Assembly: GCA_965285935.1 (NCBI GenBank)
Contig: OZ260661.1
Location: 47,244,001-47,308,000, forward strand
Direction: 5' to 3'
Length of the DNA stretch: 64,000 nt
Origin: Ophelia neglecta
Taxonomy: Eukaryota
Shown: positions 50,001 to 62,000 of the stretch, in pieces
Layout of the letters: every line of letters starts with the position of its first letter
How positions within the stretch are numbered: position 1 is the stretch's first letter
Made by a program: the position numbers and the translations under genes
Notes under the pieces: model-generated
What the model was told of the DNA's origin: nothing
The model's input: only the letters and a program-made list of their open reading frames with translations
Databases searched by the model: none

Positions 50001-53000
50001 GAGACTGATCACCCAAATGAAGGGGCTGCTGGAGACTGGCAGGCCTTTCAAGGCATACAGCCCAGGCTCAGAGCACATAGGCACTGCTCAGCTACCCCAA
50101 ATAATGATTGCTCTGGCAAAAGCAAAGTTCTACCCTCATGCTCTTTTTGTCCTCAAAACTTGTGAAAATGAGATCGAAATGGACGAGTATGAGCAGGAAA
50201 TGATAAAAGCTACCAAGGCTAATGACATGCGCTTTGGACTGAATGTGATGCTTTAGAGGTGCTTAAAATGTTTAAACGGCAGCTGAAAACAATGTGGTTT
50301 GATTCTGTCATGTTAACCAGGAGTGCCTTCGACACCAGGCGAAAAGATATATTCATGATTGATGATATCATATTGAATGTTTAAGTAGGAATGTGTTTGA
50401 ATAGTGACACTTAATTTAAGTTCTGAGCATTCATGTTATGTAAGAATTAACATCACTAAAATAATGTTAAGAAATGCAAAAAGTTTGCAGAGCATCCCAA
50501 CTTTTCTCACTCATTACTTGCAAAACTATATCTTTAATTGTTAAGGATAAACTTGGATACTTTTTTTTACCATATTGTAAACACATGTTGCATAAATAGG
50601 TACCATAAAATTAATTCAGCTTATAGAATGTTTAACTCAGTTTAGTGTTTACAGTAATAATTATTAGATTAGATTTAAATAATTAGTGTGCCATTTTTAA
50701 TCAAGATGCCCCAGGAAGTAAACAGTAGTATGATAAAAGTGTTTACCTGCCACATTAATTACTCATTAAATAATTTAATCAAGTAAAATTGTATCAACCG
50801 ATCCATATAAGAATAAAGGAGACATGTTAATTTTATAATTGGTCTCTGTTTTATTGATATAGTGCACTTAGTTGGTCAAATAAGGAAAAATTTATAAAAT
50901 ATTGTAAAGTTTTAAGTGGGGTTCTGCATACAACTTTAAGGGTACATTCTAATGAAATCTAGAGGCAGGGGGCTGGGTTTTACTAATTCTACTTGGGGAA
51001 CTTGCACTCTGCGCAAACAACTTTAGAAGGTTTTTTTTAATAAAAACTTGGGGAAGGGGGTGTCAATATAATTACTTCAAGGGGTAGTGCTGAGTGTCAA
51101 ACCATTTAATGACCTGGGAAGGGGGGGGGTACCAATAAAGTCTCTGAGGGGGGTTCAAATAGATCAGTTGTCTACCCCCCTATTAAAAAATGAAAAGTTT
51201 GACTGGTCGCCTCCCTTGACAACATATAAATGAAAGCCAAGGGGGTACAATTGTGCCAAAGCATGGAATCTTTGTTCAATCAGCGATTTTGTATGAATTG
51301 AAAGAGTCCAACAACTAGATGAAAGAATTATACTTACCAATGCATATCAATGAGAAATAGATGATTTCCTCCTATCAAGTTCAGGCCAACCCCTCCTGCT
51401 CTGAGTGACACAAGCATTACCTACAAGTTAAAGTATTATCTTAAGTAATATGTCCAAGTTCTATCACAAGTTTTTTTTATAGACTCTAAACATCATGTGA
51501 CATTCTTACAGACATACCAATGGAAGTTAAGGGCACTGCTGATAAGAGTAAGTATTACTTGCTTTCTTATATATTTACTTCATAAACTAAAGTTAGAAAT
51601 GATGCTTTATACACCACAGTTTGTCTACCTACCTCTGGTCCCTTTGGGTCTGAGTTAAAGGCATCTACAAGTTCGGCACGGGTTTTGGGAGGGACATTTC
51701 CGCGTATTGTGCAGCATTTCACACCTATCTGCTTCAAATGATGCTCGACTACATCCAGCATCTTGGTCCATTGGGACACAATCACACTGTGAAAAAATGA
51801 AATCATTAGAAAAATAAAATACCATTATCAAAGCTTGGACCTGTGAGTGTGTCTATGATCCTACAACATACGGAGAAATCTTAACTCTCACAAAATATAT
51901 TTCTCTACCAAAAAGCCTTTACCTACAGTTGATACTATGGAAACCCAACCTACAAGGTTAGCATAGTATTTCCTTTAACCAAACCCTGTGGGCCAACTGA
52001 GGAAAGTCTAATATTTTGTACATGCTATGTATTCATTAACAGCTTACCTTTTCATGGGTTTGCGTTTGGAAGATGATTCTTGTATCTCCTGTATGCCTTG
52101 TAGTATAGCCTTTATCTGGGAATGAAACAGGCAGAACACATTTAACTATGTATGTTATATGAGAATGGAAGAGGCACTTAGACATCAAACTCAACTAGTG
52201 AAATTTCTGCACTTTTGTATTCTATACATCATATTCACACATGGACCAAACCAGGTTTCCCTGTACATGAGTATTAAAGTGATTTACGGGGGCCATCATG
52301 ACGTCACAACCAACTTGCATATTTTCACTTTGTGACATCATTAAAATGACTCATCAGGCTGGCTCGGTTCTTTTCATAATTGAATTTGTACTGCAACTCC
52401 CACGATTCCCATAGGTCTGCCAGCATTGACATTTGTAGTCTTTCAATTATTTTTGCCTTTAATGTTGAAAATGATAGGTGCTCAAAACTAAGATAGCAGC
52501 CACAAATCAAGACGGATAGCAATCAGGGCCTTAAGAAGCTGTTTCTTTGCAAATTTTGTCTCAGAAAATTACATGTATTTAATAGCAGGTCATTATCAAG
52601 AAAACACTTGTGTATATTTTTTACTCCAGCACCACAAATGTCCATATATTTATGGCAACTTGAAAATGCAAGTTGGCACTTTGATTTGATACAGACTAAC
52701 AGAATAATGAACCACAGGTGCTGCTGATCATTTGACAAAATCAAAATGCCTGTGTAGAATCTATAGGGCAACTAGTGGACTGTAAAGATTTATGCGAGGT
52801 GCAGGAATTGTTGGAATCTTGTTGGCTTTTATTATCTGTATGTATAATTATATATATCATTGTGTGTTGGTCCCTATACGACTTATAGATCAAGTAATAA
52901 AAATCTTGAATCTTTGAGAGTTAATCAAACAGCTGCCAGATCTACCTTGGTGCTCTCAACACTATGTTTGAAGAGATCTGAGCTTTTCTTCAACTCTGGC

Positions 53001-56000
53001 TCACTGAGATCAGCGTTCTCCTGTAGCGCCATCTGCTGCATCTGTTCCACTATGTCCAGGTCCAGTCCATCTGTCTGGAGTTCTTCAACATCAAGTCCCT
53101 GCAAAAACAGTTTATTATTTTTCACAGTACCTACTGCAAACCCCTTATATTAGATGAGCCTTTTATTTCACAAATTTTGCTGCAAAATAAAAATGCATGT
53201 ACATTTAGAGGGCCAGAGATGACCTATTATATTTTTGGGATGCCACTATAATGCAAAATCAATGGGCAGTAAAACAATTTGTTTGCTGAAGCCATGAATA
53301 AATATTATCATATGATCAATTATAATTGCTCCAGATATGGTCACGTTAGCCATTATCCTAAACAGCAGCCTGTACACACTAGTTTGATTATGATTAAAAA
53401 ACCCTTGCATGGATAAATACCTAAGCTATTGAAATGTGTGCTCAATCACTGTTCACATGATTGGGATATTTTCTCGGTGTCACAGATGGCAGTATTCTAT
53501 ACATGCACAGTGTTATCAATGTACTTTGACCAAGGCTGCTGCTACTAGCTTTAACAAGGGCATACTTACATCCTTCATTAGTGCAAGATGGCTGCAGCAT
53601 TGTCTTAGCCTCAGAAGGAGCAATAAGATCTGTGTTCCCCCCGTCTGCCTCTGGCTACCCCCAGAACTTCCAATAGATTTTCCCATTAATCCTCCCTGTG
53701 TAAAGCATTAATAAGATATCATATAATGTTGTAATGGATTAACATACATCCTCAAGGCATCTATTGATTGTTTAATATAAGTGTTTATTGTAGGATTCTT
53801 ATAGGCATTCTGCAATAAAACATATCCCCAGGTATTGCAAGTTACCAAGAGATGAAAGTGAGTCTTTTTGCAAATAATTTTATTTTGTCTTTTTAATAAC
53901 TGTGACATGAGCCTTGAAAATAAATCTTATATAAATTAACAAATGGGCAGCCGTACTATGACGGAACCAACCTGTGAAGCTGCCATGTTTCCCAACTGAC
54001 TGGCTGGCACAAAGCCTTGTTTTTGACCGCCTAGAGTATCTTCCTTCCCCCAGGGATTTGTGCCACCAGCTTTGGTTCCCAACTCTTTATCCGTTTCTTT
54101 TGCCTCTTGTCTCTTCAGATAATTCTGAAGGGTGGACCTATGTAAATAAAGCTACCCAATTATTTTAACAATAAACATTACCAATCCTACATCTTGAAGC
54201 TGTAGTCTGGTTAATTCAAAAACATTGTTAAACCTTCAAATCACCCTGTTAACTTTTCAACATAGGCTTATATCAGACGTTTTAAATGTTAAACTGTATT
54301 ATCACACTTTAAGCAAGTAATTTGGTTGTAAATCACACAGCAAAACTACCAGGGTAAGAGAGTTTCCAATAACAAATCTTTCTCTTTGTGTTATCATATC
54401 CACTACTATTGTTATGCTCTAAGAATACATACTGTGACTGTTGGAAAATACGATCATAGACAATTCTTTCCATTTTGGACAACTCCAATTCATGTGTCTG
54501 TACAGTCTTAGGCGGCAGAGGGATCTGGTGAAAAGTAATCATGAACCAATCATATATAAATATTAAACTATGAGAACAGCAATTTATCATATATGTTTTA
54601 ATCAGCTAATGTCACTTAATGTTATGAAGAGATCTACGACATCAAAAGGATTAATTTTATTGTTCACCTTGCCCTGGTAAAACATGCAGGAAATCATTAA
54701 TAATTCTCTGTACAGCCCTAGCAAGACCACATGCCCCATACATAATCTCTGGTTGTGGATCAGAACATATTTACAAACTTCATCACTCCATGGTGACAGT
54801 TTGTACCTTATTCCAGTCCAACAAACATAGTTGTTAGCCAAATTTAACGTAACAAAAAACATGAGGGAAGGTCTTGTCTATCAACAGAGACCACAGCAGG
54901 AGGTTGATGTGCAATTTGAAAGACCACTACAGTGTGTTCCTGCCAGGAGGAGCAGCAAAGCTTGTGGTTTTATGTTGATGCCATATATTTAGGAGTAGAA
55001 AAATAGTCACATGTGATCTGCATATATTGACCACACATATCATATCACAATGAATTACGTCTGCTCCAGCTGTCAACAAGCATGACATAAATGTTGAGAT
55101 GTGAAAAAACAGCATGTATGCTTAATTCATACCAGAGGTTGTCCATCTTCCTTAGATTTGTCTTCTTTAGTTCTCCTAAGCAGCAGACTTTTCACAAGAG
55201 TGTTCAATCTCTGTGTTCCTTTGGCTGCAAGGCAAAATAGAGCCACATACTTGAAAATGGTTCAAGGTATGGTCGGTTACAAGTATAAGTAATTCTTACT
55301 CCAAAATATCAGACATCCACTTACATGACTTGTTGTCAACTTGTCTTTTCCAAACTTTGTACTCATCAAAAGGGGAACAACGCAGGAACCTAACAAGTCA
55401 ATGAAGAAACAGTAATTTCAAATTATGCTATCAAACATAAAACTGACAAAAAATAGTATGGACAGTAGTTTATAATATGCCATCTTATTTATATTTTGAA
55501 GGGATCTATAACAGGTATATCTAATTGCTTATTGCAAAATTAATGTGATTTTTTGTATGCTGGTTGTTTCATGCCTATCAGATATAAGTGAATCAGACAC
55601 TTTATCAACTATATGATTTCTTTAATATTATACCTGAGCAGAGAGTACATGTCGAGCAGGTCGTTCTGTATGGGGGTGCCAGTGAGGGCCCAGCGGTACC
55701 TGGTTCTCAGCCGACATACAGACATGGCTGTCAGACTCTTGTGGTTCTTGATACTGTGAGCCTCATCCAGTATAATTCTCTCCCAGGCCACTCTTAAAAG
55801 TGGAGGCTGGCCCTTACATGACTCCTAAAATCATCATTCTAAATCATATTTAACCGCAATATAGTACACCATCACATATATTTTCCCCTATACTAGTGCG
55901 ATAAAACACAGTCTGCTATTTACTTCAAGTTCAAAACACTTGGTGTAATTCAAATTAGGGGGTAAGTTTTAATTAATTACCAAATCAGTAGCAGGCATGT

Positions 56001-59000
56001 CTTGAATAGCCTTGTCTTTTTTCATATTTTCAGGTACTCCAACATCTTTAGATATGATATTGTATGTTGTCAAAACAACATCAGCCTCTGCCAACCTAAA
56101 AAAAGATATTTGTTGTTGATTCATGTTCAAGAAATATTGCTAATTCACTAATGTCAATAATGTACTGTACAGTATAAAAGTTCGCAACTACAAGATTGGA
56201 TCAATCTTCTTACTTTCTCACATCCCTTTCCCTATTGGGGCCGTGGTAGATGATAATGTTTAGCATGCCTCGTCTGCAACGCCTTTCAATCTCTTTGGCC
56301 CATTGATGGACTACAGAAGCAGGACATACTACTAGGGTGGCTTGGGACTTGATTATATCATCTCCCACTGCAAAACAGACATTGAAAATTCAATTGAACT
56401 ACTGGTACAGGGAAACCGGTGTTTGTGATCACCGGTGTAATAAGATCACCTGCCAACTAAGGTCACTAAATAATATCCAGATCCCCATTAATGCATGTGA
56501 TAAATGACCTGCCTATTAAGGTCACCTACATGTGGTCAGTCTGCCAAAGTCCCTTGACTGACCGCTTTAGAAGTTTCACTCCACATGTTATGAATGATTA
56601 TAAGCTTGTCAAATAATGATTATGACAAAACTTTTAGCAGATAATCCGCTAGATAAATTCATTAAGCAACACTGAAAACATTCATTAAGCAACACTAAAA
56701 AATGTTCAAACCATGATGGGCCACTGTAGGTGACATTATTAACTGTGTAATACCTTCCCGATGAATTACTGGCATATAAACCTTAGATTAGTGGGCCATA
56801 GTCACCAAATTATGCTGCTTAACTTACTTTTCTTTAGCCATGCAGTTTGAGCCACATCTGTGTTGTCTGATCTTTCAGCTATTTGTTTTACGATCATTGA
56901 GATCATGGTCAAAGTTTTTCCTAGTCCCATGTCATCAGCTGAATTAAGAGTTTATATATAGAATATTAGATAGATAGATAAGAGGCCCATTTTCTAGAAT
57001 GAAACACTATAAAAATACGTGCTTACTTATTGTTTTACCATTTTTATTCACATTATATTATCAAGTGCTAAGAGCATCAATACAAAACCTTGCAGAATAC
57101 TTTTATTTGGTAAATACAACTGATGATAATGTAACTAAATATGTAATGTTTAGAAATCTTTTTTTGGACCACATTGTTCCCTCATTCAGGATTTTATATA
57201 AAATGTTTTTACAGACTTGATGAAAGGAGGCTTTTATAAATAAATGCCCATCTTTTTTTCAATGAATAAAGCTGCCGATGCTTAATAATTTTTGATATTT
57301 CATTTACTATAAAGAAATCGGTTACTCCATATTTGGTCATAGGGAGTTTATATGAATTGCCTACCCAGAATTCCTCCAGGAGGATGTTGCTTTTCTCTCC
57401 AGGAGAGCCAGGCTAGAGCATGTTTTTGGTGGAGCATCAAGGGGACATTTATACCCTCTGGATCCCCTGCATATGTAGATGAAGATGGACAGGTCTCTAG
57501 CTGTCTGAAACCAAAAAACCAGGTTTGTAATAGGAGCCTCTGTCCCCCAAATATTCTTCTTGGCTAGGGATTCTTCTTTCAAAATGGCCAATATGGCCAG
57601 TTATCTAAAGTGTTTCTATAGTATCAACTCCATTATGAGTATAGATGACTGAGAGTTAATAATACAGAATCCTTCAGCCTTCTAGTCATTATAAATAATT
57701 TGTGAGGTCAAATGTCATCAGCTTGTGACAGACTGGGTCCACTTTTTAAAAGTTATCACAGATAACTAATAAAATTATTTCACATATATGTATGTTACAC
57801 TGGCATATGTCCGCTTAAAATTATAATTTCTGCATTCTTACATTACCAATAAACATATGGTTATATTGATATGTTTCAGTATGTTTAAGATGCAGAGAGA
57901 ATCTTGCAGGATGCAAATGCACACCTGCTACATTAAAAAAAGAAAGAACAAAAATTAAGGTTGTTTACTTACTTGTGAAGTCTCTCAATTGCCTCTGCTG
58001 TGACAGATCCCACTTCCCTCTGCCGGGCTTCAGTCATGCGCCCTCCATACAGGCTCTGTAGCTGAGGATTAGCTGCATAGGAACCATATCTTAAGTAAGG
58101 TTTTTTCTTTTGACAATGGTCAGAACAGTCACACCGTCAGTGTGAATGTGTGTGTTGGGGAGGGAGGGGTGGGGCATAGAACAGGTAGGAAAGAGACAAG
58201 CACCCATATACTACAGTTTGAAAAATATTGTTGCATATAATTCAGTTTAAAAGTACTGCTACAATTAATAGTATTGGATAAAACAATACATGGTTACACA
58301 AGGAAACAATACTGACAGAAAGCCATACTACTTACCTGCATACAGTTGCTGGTAAACATGAGCTGGGAGCGGGGTGACCATGGCATGGTCTGTTATCTTA
58401 AGTTGTTTTGTTGCAGTGGATGGCAGCACCTGACCAGAAGCTGTCTTAATCTGAGTTGAAATTATATTATTTCCATAGATGTACTTTCAAGTTGAATTAC
58501 AACTTCATTTTATTGGTTAATTTTAAGGAAAACGGCATGATATGGTGATTCATAAGTCGAAAAACATTTGAATCAAGAGTCTTACTTTAAGTTTTGAATA
58601 CCAGGAATAACCATTGTTCATTTAAATGATTGCCAACATAAATAGAAATATGCATTGTAAATATTGTTAACGGACCTGTCCTGTGAGGAGGGAAACAGAG
58701 GCCTTGCTGGTTGTCGTCTGCCCCCCTTGCTGAGGCTGACTGGCCTGAAGCTGCCTTTCTTTGGCCACAACTTTTTCACCTTTTTGGATCTGGGCATCAA
58801 GTTCCTCAATGCCCTTCCCAAGCAATTCAATTTGGTTTTTAATTTTCTCTCCTTTGTCTGGCAGTGCTTTCATATTGACCCTTTTGGAGATGGCCTATTT
58901 GTAATAAATATTTGTTGTTTAAATGATTGGACACATTAAACACAAAACAATTACAGTGGTCACTAAATCCAAGGAAAAGTGGCCCTACATTACAGGTGGC

Positions 59001-62000
59001 CCTTCCATCAAAGACATTTTAAGATGGAAAAGATAGGGTATGGAAATTCAAAAAACTGTCCAGTCATCACAGGTGGCCCTTCTTTGGAGGGGCTCTACAT
59101 TACAGGGAATACTGTATATATTTAACCAGTGTTCGAGGAAAGGCATAGATGTACCTTTATACTTAGTGGAGATAAGAGATTACAATTCTATGAATTGCAG
59201 GGGCATCAGTTTATATATGCTCTACCCATTTGTACTTTTTTTGGGAGCAAGCTAGTGTAGGAATGATGAATAGCATTTACTCATTGTACAGTTATCTCAG
59301 AATACAGTTGATATTATTATCAAAATAGATAGGGAAAAATATGTCTCAATAATTTTCTTTCTATTTTTACATTGAATAAAACAAATAAAATAGAATTCAA
59401 GTCTTACCAACTGATTTTCTCTAACGCGTATCATTTCTGCTCTCTTTGCAACATTTCTTGCTAGGACTTTGGCTGTATGAGTTGGTATAAAGGAAGCAGC
59501 AGAGGCAGACTCTGTTGGCCTTGCCACCTTGATGACTTGTATACCACTGCTTGTTGTAGTTGTGGTTAAATTCTCGGCTGGAACAGTGACAGATTTACCA
59601 TCCTTTGATTTGATGGTGATTGGCAGTACATGCTTGGTTTGCTCTAAATCTTTGTCATTGATTTTACCTCCTTCTATAGCTTCGGGTAAGGCTGGGGTAG
59701 TTTTAGCAATATTTGTAGCATTTCCTTCTTTTGCACCTTCCTTGATTTGGTTTTTGTCAGCTGCAGGTTGCTCAGATGGAGGGCTGACAAAGCACTCTTC
59801 ATCACTGTCACTACTGCTCCCAGAAGAAGATGCACTGGTTTTCTGTTTTGATTCTTCCTCCCCCTCACTTGCTGTACCATAACCTTCATTGCCTTCTTCT
59901 TCTTCTTCTTCTTCTTCATCACTGCTGATTTCAACAACACTTGAGTCCCGATAGGAGGACATACTTTCATTCTTACGGCTGTTCTTGATTCTGTCCAGAG
60001 TAGGATTTTTTATGTTCATTTCTGAGAAACTTTCAGATAACTCCTTTTGCTTGGAAGCTTGTATGCTAGCCAACTTGGCAAAGCTAATATCCATATCTTC
60101 TTTACTCTCTTGTCTTCTTATTGAACTAGCCGCTGATGTTTGAGATGGATTTCTGTCTTTGGGTCTGACATCAGCATCTTTATTTAAATAAACCATGCTG
60201 GTTTCCATGAGTGAATCATCCTTATCTTTAGGCGTCTGCAATTTAACTGGCTCAGTGTTATGGTCCTTAGTCTTTGTCATTTCCTGTCTTGACTGGATAA
60301 GCTCCAGAGCTGGTTTGATCATTTTGGTCCCAGTTGAATCTACTTTGTTGGTATGAGTGTTATCGGTTAGTGCATGATGATTTGCAGTGTACGCTTCCTC
60401 GCTATCTGACATCTTTTTTGATTTTGATACTGTATTGCAAGTTTTATTCTGATCTCTATCTTTTAATGGTGTTGGCTGTTTCTGAAAAAAGTAGAGATGC
60501 ATGACGTTTAATCTTGGTGTAAATGATATAGCAAAATCCAACCCAGCAATATTACCATTTCCAATTGGAAATTAACACTTTTTTCATATTCCTGAACAAT
60601 CTTAACTAAATGCGTCCAATAGCTTTCATACACATATTTCATCAAGTACTCTTTAAGAACAATTTCTTTCAGTAATCCACATCATAATTTAGACCAATGT
60701 ATTTTTAAAGCTGTATCTTACCACTCCTTCCTCAATCACAACATGTCCACAAAAGTTCTTTTTTTCTGTTCTAGCCAATGTGCAACGGAAATACTGTCTG
60801 AAAGATATATCTTTTAAAGTAATGATCTGCATCATCAAGTATAACTGTCCTTTGTTAAATCAGATATAATGCAATATAGGACATATTCTATTGCCAGGAA
60901 TTTTCATCTTTTTTATATTTAGATTTCACCGGCCTTAATGGTGCAGTTTTCACAAATACGCCAAATGAGAAAAAATGTTTCGAACTCGTCTAGGAATTAT
61001 GACGCCATCGTGACATCCTGGTCTACTGTGCAATAAATGGCGATGGAAGTGTATGACGTTTTTAACTCCATAATTTTTTAATCTATTTGGCACATACATG
61101 TCTAGACCAAATCTTGGTGCTGGACTTAAAGAGGTGAACAAAAAGCTTACTACCTGGTAGCTGCCTTTCCCCATAGGTTGCAAGGGATTCAATTTACCAT
61201 TTGCATAAATGTAAAATATGAAATAAATAAATTTAAGTAGAATGATCCCAGGAGGCATTACTGTACCTAGTTTCCTGCATACTTCTAGTGTAATGAAGTG
61301 TCTGTAACTCTATCAGTTCCTCAGGATGCACTTGGCACTTGGCATGGCCAACATAACTGAAACGAAAATGCTTGCCATTATCTCAGTTACAAATAGGTCT
61401 GAATGGCACTCAATCCATCCCATTGGGTCATAAATAAAGGCTAGTTAATAATATGTGCTTAAACCCAAACAATTATAACAATAACAGCGCCAACAAGATG
61501 TTTTGATATTGGTACCACTCTTTTATCCCCGGCAAAAACTTCTGTTGTTCTATGATCTATCTAGGTCAAGTCATAAAGCTGTGATCCAAAAAGTTAATAG
61601 AGATTTTGCTGTCATTATTAAGAAAAACCAAGGAGTAGAAGGTTTGTACAAGTAATCAAAAATATTGACATTTTAACAAATCTTACATTATTATATTTAT
61701 GTCATACATAAGCCGACTGTTGGCCTGTCGGCTGAGTTACCACACTTTCCAATCATGTGCAACCGTTTGATCCGATCTGAGTGAGTGCCTACATTAGTGT
61801 AAAAACCATAACTTGAATTTAAGGAGAAAATGAAGTCGCTCTTTCAAATAATACATTACCTTGTTTCTTTAACGAAGCCACATCTATCTGCCTGATTGGC
61901 ACAAATGTAATAGTTCCGACCAAAGTTTTGACCAGGTTTGATTCCTGTCTTCAACATACATTGTTTCTCTGTAAAAGTAAAGGAATAAATAATCTTTCAT

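Noticed and set aside
41883-50256. Penelope-like retroelement, group I/II intron homing endonuclease, or bacterial contamination as the explanation for the two GIY-YIG ORFs
   Set aside because: No RT motifs or terminal repeats are visible and the CxxC of Penelope GIY-YIG is absent. The host intron has GT-AG ends, and the ORFs are embedded in a continuous 23-exon animal gene. A remote evolutionary origin from such elements is not excluded.
59297-60541. 414-aa ORF as a stand-alone gene
   Set aside because: It is exon 5 of TTF2 (60481-59408) with in-phase splice sites.
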